A stretch of DNA of 34,341 bases from Atractiella rhizophila. Lineage: Eukaryota. Location of the stretch: positions 110,702 through 145,042 of the forward strand of contig MU271220.1 in NCBI GenBank assembly GCA_021432655.1. Reading direction: 5' to 3'. The translations under genes were made by a program, and so were the position numbers. The notes beneath the pieces were generated by a model. That model worked only from the letters and a program-made list of their open reading frames with translations. It was not told where the DNA came from and did no database searches. Below, piece by piece: positions 12,020 to 22,409 of the stretch (position 1 is the stretch's first letter; each line of letters begins with the position of its first letter).

Positions 12020-12577
12020 ATGGATCGACTTCTACGGCTCTCTCTGCCTTCCCTGTCCCTACGACCAACACCATCTCTGCCAGTTGTACCTGTTCTGCGC
12101 TCAGCCGCGTCATTCCAACCAGCACGACACCAGTCAACCTCCCGTCAAGCGCAGGCACTGAAGAACGTCCAGACACTCCGAGACGTCGAAGCGCTCTCTC
12201 CCCGCTCTCCCTACGGCTCACGCAACCCCTTCTCTCCCACCTCAAACTCTCCCGTCTTCGTCTCTCGACAGCCCATCGACAAAAACAAGGAGTTCCAACG
12301 ACTGGGAGACGCTTTCGCGACCCACATCGCCAATTCGACACCTTATACGGGCAGGACGAGGGAAGTGAGGAACGGCGAAGTCGCGCTGGCTCTGAGGAGC
12401 GTGGGGAGCGTCAGGAAGAATAATAGATTGGTGGAATTGGCACGGTTGAGGCAGAGATATGAGAAACCTCATTTGAAGGCTTATAGGTTGAGGAGCGAGA
12501 GACATAGGAGGAGATTTAGAGCTAAAGTTGGCATGTTCGTCGCGCTCGCGAAAAGGCTGACTGCCAGGGGATTATGA
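12020..12577 (+). CDS. MRP21: Mitochondrial ribosomal protein bS21m (Mrp21-like)
   Basis: Arg/Ser/Leu-rich presequence, then an S21 domain: GRTREVRNGEVALALRSV...NRLVELARLRQRYEKPHLKAYRLRSERHRRRF. Confidence 0.85.
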   Translation: MDRLLRLSLPSLSLRPTPSLPVVPVLRSAASFQPARHQSTSRQAQALKNVQTLRDVEALSPRSPYGSRNPFSPTSNSPVFVSRQPIDKNKEFQRLGDAFATHIANSTPYTGRTREVRNGEVALALRSVGSVRKNNRLVELARLRQRYEKPHLKAYRLRSERHRRRFRAKVGMFVALAKRLTARGL

Positions 12578-13052
12578 GCCATGGTGCGTCGAGTTCCTTG
12601 TTTTTGGTGAGAAGGTGTTGAGGTCCTTTGCAGCTGAAGAACAAAAGTTCACATCGTCGTACAGCTGCCTTGATAATTCATATTCTTTTACCTCTAATAT
12701 TCGCTGGCAGAATCAACAACTTTCTCTCTAGTTCTTTCCTCCGGCATTGCCGCTTGCATTCGAGCATGACGATGTCCGGTGTTTTTGGTGCAGCTTTATG
12801 CGTCACCGCGCCGCCTCCCAGCTTAGGCTATGATATATTCGGGAAGATGATAAACCAACAACGATCTTTAGCTGCTGTATGAAAGCAGCGATCTCGAAGC
12901 AGGCTGTCAATGGATTGATGGTTGGCAGTCAGCTCTTTCCCAGCCTCTTTTCACAACATACTGTTCTACGACTCAAGTTCTGTGCAGCAGACGTTTGGTA
13001 CTATCTGAAAATTGCAGACGGGTATTATTTCGAGATTGCATATCCCTATCAG

Positions 13053-14532
13053 TTACAAGAAACAGAGTTCTGAATAACGAAAATTGTTAACGATACAACA
13101 GTACAATTAAGCGCCAAATTATCACTTCAAGTTCATCGAATGCCAGGACCAATTTTTTGCAGTGTCTCCTCGAACGTATCCATAACCGCCTTCCTACACT
13201 CCCTCAACCGTCTGAGCTTCATCTGCGCTATCGGCCACACCTTGCCCTGCACATCCAAGAACTCCTCCAAACAATCAAGTTCACTAACGAAAGCGAGAAT
13301 CCTAAGGTGCATCGACCGTCTCATGTCCACATCACCCAGCAGCACCTCCGGTTGCGAAATCGTCACTTGGATGAGAGAGATGACGCCGATGAGGAGTGCA
13401 AAGGCGGATATGATGTGACAGCAAACGAGGAAAGGCGAGTGGATCTCTCCCACTCCAACCTTTGCGTTAGAATGCACGCGGTTGTTGTTGGTCTGGTCTT
13501 GATGAGGAGGCGAGCCCGATCGCGACTTCATCTCCTGCTCTCGCTGTATCCGTGCCGTCTCCCGCATGAGAGCGATCGTCCCTTGAGCGGTCGTGACGAG
13601 TTTTTCGATGGCTAGGAATGGCACAGGTTGGAGACTAAGCGGCTTCTTCGTCGTCTCCGATATCACCCCACATTCTGCCGGCGGTGGTGGTGGAGTGTGA
13701 AGAGTGAGGGAGCGAAGGGTATCGATCGAGTCGTATTCTCCGTCAGGCTCGAGCGAGCATATTTTGAAGTTGAGGGATACATCCGGAAAAAAAAAAAATT
13801 ACAAGAAACAGAGTTCTGAATAACGAAAATTGTTAACGATACAACAGTACAATTAAGCGCCAAATTATCACTTCAAGTTCATCGAATGCCAGGGCCAATT
13901 TTTTGCAGTGTCTCCTCGAACGTATCCATTACCGCCTTCCTACACTCCCTCAACCTTCTAAGCTTCATCTGCGCTATCGGCCACACCTTGCCCTGCACAT
14001 CCAAGAACTCCTCCAAACAATCAAGTTCACTAACGAAAGCGAGAATCCTAAGATGCATCGACCGTCTCATGTCCACATCACCTAGCAGTACCTCGGGCTG
14101 TGAAATCGTCACTTGAATGAGAGAGATGACGCCGATGAGGAGTGCAAAGGCGGATATGATGTGGCAACAAACGAGGAAAGGGGAGTGGATCTCTCCCACT
14201 CCTACCTTTGCATTAGAATGCACGGCGTTGTTGTTGTTGGTGTGACCTTGATGAGGAGGAGAACCCGATCGCGACTTCATCTCCTGCTCTCGCTGTATCC
14301 GTGCCGTCTCCCGCATGAGAGCTATCGTCCCTTGAGCGGTCGTGACGAGTTTTTCGATGGCCAGGAATGGCACAGGTTGGAGACTAAGCGGCTTCCTCTC
14401 CGATGTCACCCCACATTCTGTCGGCGGTGGTGGTGGAGTGTGAAGAGTGAGGGAGCGCAGGGCATCGATCGAGTCGTATTCTCCGTCAGGCTCGAGCGAG
14501 CATATTTTGAAGTTGAGGGATACATCCGGAAA
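13053..14532. repeat. Tandem duplication C: 13053-13789 and 13799-14532, ~735 bp, joined by an A-run
   Basis: TTACAAGAAACAGAG starts at both 13053 and 13799, and both copies end ...GATACATCCGGAAA. A12 at 13787-13798. Many substitutions plus 3-nt and 6-nt indels. Confidence 0.97.
13133..13789 (-). pseudogene. 5'-truncated copy of the last exon of the Zn2Cys6 factor; probably an allelic fragment
   Basis: Open frame FPDVSLNFKICSLEPDGEYDSIDTLRSL...KIGPGIR* parallels 14532-13879 but has no upstream exons. Confidence 0.7.
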
Positions 14533-16238
14533 CTTGTAATAGTGGTACAGGTGGATTTTCATCCTATCCGTTGCACCAGTCAGCAACCCTGCTGGATAAC
14601 GGGAGAGGTTGGAGAAACGAACGTGGCTAGCGAGTGGAGAGAATAGAAATAGCCCTCTCGCGAATACAGCTCGGCGCAGGTCTCTGCCTTTCTTGACGAC
14701 GAAACGGTCCGTGCCAATTTGAACCACCTCTCTTCTGCAATAGACATGAGACTGGTCACTTGGCTTTCCAGGGAATGGAATTGTGCATTTTGGTGCACTT
14801 TGTCACTGGAAGGAGGAGTGAGGTGGAGTACACATAACGCTGCAGTTCGTAAAGAGAACGAGAGCATTTCCTATTCGTCTAATCAGCATCATTATCTCTG
14901 AGGAGTCGGAGCAGCCTTACATCCTTCTCGCCCGCCCAATGTTCCAGCATCTCAACAGGTTTGACGCCGAAAGGAGCAAACGCACATCCTCGCCCGCCGA
15001 TCGTATACTGAGCATCGAGATTAGCGTGGAACAACTCGAGAGCCGTTCGCTTCAACGTTTCGCGATCGAACTGGGCTTGCCCCTCCTGCCTCCTATCTAA
15101 TATTGCAAAGCTCCCTTTGTAGATATTGTTCGCCAGCGCCACTGCAGCAGCACGATCCATGTGTGCGTTCACGGAAGCTGCGGTGGCATAACCATAGCCG
15201 ACGTGGACGAGGAAGATGTCGCCTATGATCTTCTCAAGATCTGGCGTGTCTGAACGTTCTTCGGCGAAGAGGAACTCTGCTAGCGAGAAGTAGTCCGTGC
15301 TTATGCCTCTTGGACCATCATAGAAAGGCTGAGCGAAAGCGCAAATGGAGGCGAGGAGGAAAGGTGATACTTTCTCGCAGTGCTGGGCCAGGAAGACATC
15401 GCGAGAAGGCAGGATGCGAAGAATGTGATGTCCGTGAGAGTAAAAGACATCGATCAGCTCGAGGAGTTCGGATGGCGGCCCCAGCACGCTGTGCTTAGGT
15501 GAGAGAGGGGGAAGTGGTTCGAGGCAGTTCGTGAGAAGACCAAGAAGCTCTGACAGCACTGGGAGATGGATTACAGGCTCGCATTGCGGCTCGTCCAACT
15601 ACAAAATCCCTCTTCAGTTGACTGTTCAAAAGTCAATGACCGAAGGAAAAACTCACACTTCCTTCCGGGCTGCTGCACATGACTTCCACTGGCGCGAAGA
15701 CTGAAGGGAAGAGCTTGTACACGTCGGTATTTTCCAAGCTCCCATACGATTCCTCCTCGCTCGATTTCTCCTCTTCCACCATGCGAATTTGAACGGCGGC
15801 AGCGCCAGCGGGGGAAGTCGATTTAGACACCATTTCAGGTGTAGGGCGTTTAGCCCTCCCTTTCCTTCGACTAGGAACCCACTCGCATACATGATTCATA
15901 GACCTGCACCTACATTATTCTACCGTCAGTGCTCTGCTTCTGCTTTGAGGGGTTCAAATTTCTACCTGCTGCAGGGATTCTCTTGGATTGTAGCCACCTC
16001 TCCAGGTTTGTTGACAGGTGGTTCTCCATCACATCTTCCTTTGTTTTCGCGGCAGTAGTTCTGTTCTTAAGCGATCAGGTTCAGATTGCCGATGTGAATA
16101 AATTGGAGGAGATAGGCTTACACATGCACGAGAGTTCCTGACCCTCCGCGGATCGCTGTGGACCTAAGCTGACAATTCAGCCACGCCAACTTATAAATGA
16201 TAAAGAAACAAAGCGTCGCGTACCATGGCTTTGGTCAT
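13879..16238 (-). CDS. Zn(II)2Cys6 (Gal4-type) fungal transcription factor with a middle homology region, multi-exon
   Basis: Splicing exons 16238-16224, 16163-16122, ~16060-15966 and ~15909 onward gives MTKAMVHSDPRRVRNSRACNYCRENKGRCDGEPPVNKPGEVATIQENPCSRCRSMNHVCEWVPSRRKGR. Downstream, LLELIDVFYSHGHHILRILP...SPFLLASICAFA resembles the Fungal_trans domain. Confidence 0.88.
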
Positions 16239-17123
16239 GTTGTGTTATTCCGAACAATAGATTTTCACGGTGCGCGCCAATGCTAGCTGTTGAAGGTTGA
16301 ACAATTTTTGAATTTCGCTGAGTATTTGTTGTAGGTCTGGAGTGTCCGAAGGGGTAGAGAGTATTTATAATCCCCCTTCTTTGCAGAGGAAGAAATAGGA
16401 TACAGTGATACCCCCGACGTCCGTGTTCGACCTACGATTGGGTCAGTTATCTTTTGCTCTGAAAATGAAAGACGCGACTTGGTACACACTCAAGAACTTG
16501 AGCCCAACGAGCCTCGGTTCATTCACAACACGCCACTCCGTCACACTCCCGCGCAGCTTCGTTTCGAGAGTCTCGTTTCGCTGTTCGCTCAATGCCGGGA
16601 TGACACAAGCGGCGAAAGGCGGCCTTTTGGAAGGGCAAGAAAGAGGTGATTTTCTTCGCACCCCGACGTCTAGTTGACTTCTATCTGGTTTGGTGTTCGT
16701 TTTCGCCTCGCGATTCCTTCGACTGCAAATTGTCGAATAAGATCATTAATGTTTTTCGGAACCTTATCTCTATTTTCTTTGTTATAGCTTGTACGGTCCA
16801 CTGTGCGTTAACCCGCCCTCTCCGAGGACACACATTCCCCTTTGCGTACGCATCAGTCCTTCCTTGTGTTATTCAGGTCGCTCGGGTCACCACTTACAAA
16901 ATGACTAACCAGGCGGCCATCTCACTGTACACTGTGAATTTGGCCGCAACAATTGTTCACTGGTCATTATCTATCTTAGTCACTGTTCCATTTAATATTC
17001 GCCAAGTTGCCTTCTTGGCGTTCTGCGCAACTTAACCCTTCCTGAGGGTTGGCATTCGGCGGGTGCCAACTCACGCGTCTCTTCCACCTATGAAGTACAG
17101 CTCGAGAGAAAGCACATTGACGC

Positions 17124-20100
17124 TCATGGACAGAGGAAGAGTGCTATGCACGAAAGAAACAACAAAGCGAAGTTCTCCCTCATCTTGTTCCCAGTGGAGC
17201 TTTCATTGGCCCTACTTCCCTGGTATTGTCGTCCATCATCAGATACACAACCTAGAAGGTTGGACAACGCACCGAGTTGTCCACTGTAGGTGTTGTTGTC
17301 ACCCCTGACAGCGTTGTAGTAGTGTCTATGTCTGTGCAATCCTTGCTCGAATCAGAAATCGTGATGTTGTCGATACGAAGAGTGTAAACACTGCATTTCA
17401 CATGTTCAACACCGGGTCATCAAAACCTAACGAGGTACTTACCTGAGCGGAGAGATAGCGAAGACATCGTCGCCGCGTGCAGTTGCTGAGAATGTGAAAG
17501 GAACAAAAGGACCTAGGCCAGTTCAAGCATATTTTTAACGGCACTAGCAAAGAAGTCACCTTCAGTATCCGTCCCGATAGGGATCGAAACGCTTTCATTG
17601 AGACTTCCAAATGTGACAATGGTGTCGATTGGATTATCTGCCAGAGCGAAAGCGTGAAAGCTGATAGTGCTTTGCCCCACAACGTTCCTTAGTAAATCCA
17701 TACGTGGGTGGTAGAAAGCGATGACGAACTAATTCGCTCCTTCTTCTGCTGCTGTTCCCTGAGAGAGCGTGGTAAAGTTGAAAAGCGTCCCATAGCTTCC
17801 ATCTCCATCTGGAGCGGCTGAGCGTCCCGAGTCTACTCCGCAAAGAGAAAAGTTGCTTCCTGGAGCAGAGGCGCAGGTCCACGGATCCACGTTCGTTGTC
17901 GAGAGCTGGAAGTTGCCGTTGGAAAGAAGGTTGGCGAAGCAGGTGCATGACGCTGCTGCTTTAAAAATTTCGAGGTTTCTGAAGCCGAGAGTTGCTGCAC
18001 TCAAAGGAGTTATCGCAAAGGTATCATTCCCCGTTGCTACGCTATAGAAACTTATGTTCTGGAACGAAACTGCATGTTTTCGAGTGAGTGTCACCTCCGG
18101 TTTCAAGACAAATATCTCTTACTGGATCCTGAAGCATTTTGGTTGGGGAGAGAGACGGTCTGATGGAACGATCCGAATTGCACCAAAACATCGACGCTCT
18201 CCAGATCCGAGGCGAAAGCTTGAAAAGAAACGGTATAATTTGAACCACCTTTCGCTGTCGTTTCATAGCTCAGAGTAGAGAAATTAGCTAGCGAGATATA
18301 ATTCGTTTCTACGCCCGATACATTTCCTCCAGCAACAAGGGCTGTACAACAAAGTCCTTGAGTATCAGAGCGGGCAGGGGACGAGAACCTACAGCAAGCT
18401 TGGGCAGTGGAACACTCAAAAGGAGCGAAAGACGAGTTAGAGGCCTCTAGCCCTCCATTCACAACAAAGTTGGGCGAACACGTTGTCAAGTTACTGGAAG
18501 TCGGAGGGGTACCTGTAGGGAGAGGGACCACCAAGGTGGTTATCGATGTGACCTCGATGTTACTTGATGTAAAGACCACAGGGCTTGGAACGAGCCCAAC
18601 CGATGTCGTCACTTCAACGAGCGTCGTAGCTGCTCCTTCTCCACCTTCAGCCGATAAAACACTGGTACTTTGGAAAATAGTTGGAACGATTATCGTAGGG
18701 GATGGGGTTTCTGTTTCCGTGTCAGAGTAATTCATAGCATGAATCGAGCTCAGCGCACCAGGGAGATCACTTGGCGAGAGAGGAGCACCTGTGATGGCGC
18801 TCGGATCAACTTCCTTCGCAAGAGACAATCACATACCTGATGGTGCACCAACAGTTGGAGTTTCTGGGGAGAATCAGGAGTTTCAGGAATGGTGCATCCG
18901 GGTTTGGAGTAGGCTTACCAGGAAGTGTAGGATCAGGCGTAGGATTGGGTGTTGGGTCAGAAGGGGGATCGGGGGTAGGATTGTTGGGTGTTGGATCAGG
19001 TGTGGGATTGGGATCATCGGTGGGTGGTGTAGGATCAGGAGTAGGATCAACAGTGGGGGAATCGTTGGGAGGAGTGGGATCAGGAGTGGGATCAGGCGTT
19101 GGATCAGGCGTTGGAGAGCCCGTTGGTGGGGTGGGATCTGGAGTGGGATCAGGAGTAGGTGAGCCAGTGGGAGGCGTTGGATCAGGAGTAGGATCAGGAG
19201 TAGGTGAATCAGTGGGAGGCGTTGGATCAGGAGTGGGATCGGGAGTGGGATCGGGAGTGGGGTCAGGAGTAGGTGAATCAGTGGGAGGCGTTGGATCAGG
19301 AGTGGGATCAGGAGTAGGCGAATCAGTGGGAGGCGTTGGATCAGGAGTGGGGTCAGGAGTAGGAGAGTCGGAAGGTGGTGTAGGATCTGGAGTTGGGTCT
19401 GGAGTTGGGCTGTCAGAGGGAGGTGTAGGGTCTGGAGTAGGATCTGGTGTTGGGGAATCAGAAGGGGGCGTTGGATCTGGGGTAGGGGAATCTGAGGGCG
19501 GTGGAGTAGGATCTGGTGTCGGGTCTGGGGTAGGAGAGTCGGAGGGAGGCGTTGGATCAGGCGTCGGCTCTATTTCAAGCTTGGTTTTGTATTCCGTGCA
19601 ATGAGCTGAGTGCATACCTGGCTGATCCGTGACTGGCGGCTCTGGTTGATCCGTGATTGGTGGGCCATCCTGGCGTTTATGAAGGCGAGCGGGCAGCACT
19701 GAAACTGATGACACGATAACGGAGCCTTCCCTGAATGGCAATCAGAATGACCTGAGAAGCCTAACAGCTAGATGTCTTACGAAAGAGGTGTCAGCCCTAA
19801 CCTCCCCTCCTTTGAGGCGGCAGCTAACACGGTGTAGTCGTTCAAGGTATTCGGGCCTAGGCAGCATTTGCTCAGCTTCCAGCAAATGTGAAGCAAAAAA
19901 CGAAAAGTACCGTTGAAATTTGGGTAAATATCTATAGTCTGGTAGAAGTCGCCAAACTGCAATAACACTGGAATCAACTCATGATGGTCAGCTACCGCCG
20001 AGAATGTGATCGAGCTAGTCGATCTCGTCAGTGCTGAGACTGAGCATTTGAAGTAGGCACTCACTATTCGCCATCTTTTATTGCTGGAAACGTTTGAGAT

Positions 20101-20330
20101 AGCGTGGCAAGGGACGATATCCTAAACGCTTCTTTTCTAATATTATCAGACCAAGGAAGCTCGATTTGAGCTGCAGCAATCTTCAGGGTCTTTGACAGTT
20201 TGCAAAGAGTTGACTTACAGCACAGCAGACTGTTGGAGCATTCCCAAGCATCACCTCCAAGGCTCAACTCCTGCACACTTGCCACCGCAAACCCAACAGC
20301 CGCAAAAAGCGGAAAGCTCCACATGCCCAT
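17124..20330 (-). CDS. Secreted, probably GPI-anchored surface glycoprotein: three CBM-like beta-sandwich repeats plus a Pro/Thr/Asp-rich stalk, multi-exon
   Basis: Signal peptide [20 protein letters not shown]. Three homologous blocks, two starting N-x-x-x-N-G-x-[LF]. LHKR|Q dibasic site, PTPD repeats and an S/T-rich linker. Last exon [31 protein letters not shown] (polar spacer + hydrophobic tail). Splice phases checked around 18790-18920 and 17220-17560 are consistent with one gene. Confidence 0.75.
18925..19570 (-). repeat. Coding minisatellite encoding (PTPD)n-PTPP[ST][DG]S units
   Basis: Roughly a dozen ~45-nt units built from 12-nt PTPD subunits, with variation mainly at third codon positions. 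Confidence 0.92.
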
Positions 20331-21769
20331 CTCGCCGCTGACAATTCCACAAACGAGGGCAGAGGGAAGATATTGACTTTCCCTCCTTTTAACACACAAA
20401 CAGGAGACCGCGTTTGCTGTAGTCATCCGCGGTCCTGACCGCAAGCCAAGGAAAAATGGAAGGCAGCTGTCAAGTCCATACTCTCAGCAAGCAAGGTCTT
20501 CGAAGTCCTGCATACGAACAAGCGGCACTGGAAAATGTCACGGTCGAAAGTGCGGCATTTCGGATCACCTTCATGCTTACATCACGACAAATATCCGTTG
20601 ACTTCCTTTTTCAGCGCGGCTTCAGCATCAAGTGCATTCGATGCCAAACTCAAAATTATCTTGGTTGTTACTCATGATGAATGTAATGACCTATTCTGTG
20701 ATACAAGGCTTGCTGTACTACTCCCAGTACAGTACACGGGTCTCCCGTGCAATCGGGACTTTGCAGTCGGTTATTGACCAAAGTTAACACGACCTAAGTA
20801 ACACCTCCAATGTCAAAGTATTCCTTGCTTCTGCTCCAGAGCAAGGTGACCAAGGCTTAACGGAGCAAAAGCTCAAAGTTTCGTGAGAGGCTTTTGAGAA
20901 AACACAAGATCACACCAGTGATATTTATTTCTGCATGCAAGCAGAGCTCTTATGGGCGTGGGAAGTTTTATCAAAGAGCAGCAGTGTATAACTTGTGCCC
21001 ACTTCGAGTCAAGGAAAGTCATCACCTTCTCAGGACGGGTTTCCCGGATTACTCGCAGCTACGGGACCACGAAGGAAGAAGTCCTAACGGTGTGCTCTAG
21101 TGATCTCTCGCGTAGCATTAATGTTTGCTGAGGAAAGTCCAATTCTTCCATCCTCTTTTACAAAGGTAGTCCTCGTTAGTTCACGCAGCATCAGAGATTT
21201 TTACCAGAAAGCTGGAGAGAAATAGAAGGATATTTTAGGACGGAACGAACTGGCGTCGCATAGAGGGATTGTGCTTGCACATTTGCAAATGGCCTGGAAA
21301 TTGAAAATCCAATTCCCTGATTTGCGCAAAACGGTTTTCGCTTTGACCAAACAGACAACTCAATAACGCATCCAGTTGTATGCGAGAAGGCGAGGAGAAG
21401 CTCCCCACTCTGTGTTAAGGAAATAAATGTGACCAAGACAGCTCCTTAGCTAACATTTACTCAGGACTGAATACGGAGACTGGAGGGACTCTGGTACACA
21501 ATCTTATGCTGTCAATAAGATAGATGGGAGCCTGTTTGCGCGGCATCGCTGACTTATTATTCCGCCAAGCTTCATGTCATTTGTTCTTCTACCAGAACAA
21601 ATGGTAGCACTTTCATAAGCTCGATATTATATTAACGCATGAAGCCAAAGAAGTAATGCATGCTCCATCCTCCAATTCATAGAAATTCGAACACCTTTAC
21701 CGACAAACTTCAACATCCCTATCTTAACGTAAACATGGGACTCACCTTCTGCCAACTAAGCTCAAGTGA

Positions 21770-22342
21770 TCACTTAAAGCTCCCCACCCTAGCCACCACC
21801 TCACCGCCCACACCTTTCCTCACCGCCTCCCGTCCCTCCAACCACCCGAGTCGTCCATTATGTATCAATATCACCTCTCCCAGCTTCGCTCCGCGCACGA
21901 ACCTAACACGTTTACCTCCAACGAACCGTCGCACCTCGTCGGCGTCCAATACCACTCTCCTCCCAGGTTTAGATACCAGTCGTGCATCCCGAATGACCGG
22001 CGTCTCGTCTCGCACTTTGAGTGAAACCCACAGAGCTTTGTCTTTTGGAGATTTAGCCTCAACGAACGCCTTTGGACTGGGGAGGGCTGTAGAGCCTAGG
22101 GAAAGACTAGAGATGAATCCATGCCTATGTAATAGCGATAGAACAGATAAATTGACGTTTGAAAAGGGCAAGGAAACGTGTGAGAGACGGGCGGAGGCTG
22201 AAGTCGCGAGTTTGTTGAGGAGGAGGTGGGGGAGGACGGGCAGTCGGCTGTGACGGAGGGGATTGGGCTGGGAAGTGCGAAGTGGTGAGCGGACGAAGTA
22301 GCGTGCGGCTGATGCTGCCACTGAGGACACGGCGCTCGACAT
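21770..22342 (-). CDS. MRPS8: Mitochondrial ribosomal protein uS8m
   Basis: Presequence MSSAVSSVAASAARYFVRS, then S8 motifs VLSLLHRHGFIS, LWVSLK, LVSKPGRRV and GWLEGREAVRKGVGGEVVARV. Confidence 0.92.
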   Translation of the reverse strand: MSSAVSSVAASAARYFVRSPLRTSQPNPLRHSRLPVLPHLLLNKLATSASARLSHVSLPFSNVNLSVLSLLHRHGFISSLSLGSTALPSPKAFVEAKSPKDKALWVSLKVRDETPVIRDARLVSKPGRRVVLDADEVRRFVGGKRVRFVRGAKLGEVILIHNGRLGWLEGREAVRKGVGGEVVARVGSFK

Positions 22343-22409
22343 TTTATGGGATGGTGGTTGTCAAAGTTTTGGTTGGTGGCAATTTTTGTCGGGACCAAAA
22401 ACGACCACG

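Larger units (their letters stand above)
10979..12372. repeat. Tandem duplication B: 10979-11675 and 11676-12372, 697 bp, diverged
   Basis: GTTGGCAGCGCCAACG starts at both 10979 and 11676, and both copies end ...GGGAAGTGAGGAA. About a dozen substitutions, no indel. Spans IPP1 exon 1, the divergent promoter and the 5' part of the bS21m gene. Confidence 0.97.

Noticed and set aside
795..14532. Duplications as LTRs, transposon ends or retrocopies
   Set aside because: No TG...CA ends, target-site duplications, terminal inverted repeats or TE coding sequence. The copies are host gene fragments and duplication A retains introns.
18840..19604. 254-aa Gly/Val/Ser-rich ORF on the + strand
   Set aside because: Antisense shadow of the PTPD repeat. 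The signal peptide, splice sites and GPI-like tail all belong to the - strand gene.
20674..20680. Box C-like ATGATGA as a C/D snoRNA start
   Set aside because: No box D (CTGA) or terminal stem at a suitable distance, and no rRNA-antisense element recognised.
21130..21140. GAGGAAAGTCC, resembling the CR-I motif of RNase P/MRP RNA
   Set aside because: I found no complementary CR-V/P4 strand downstream. A cmscan search would settle it.
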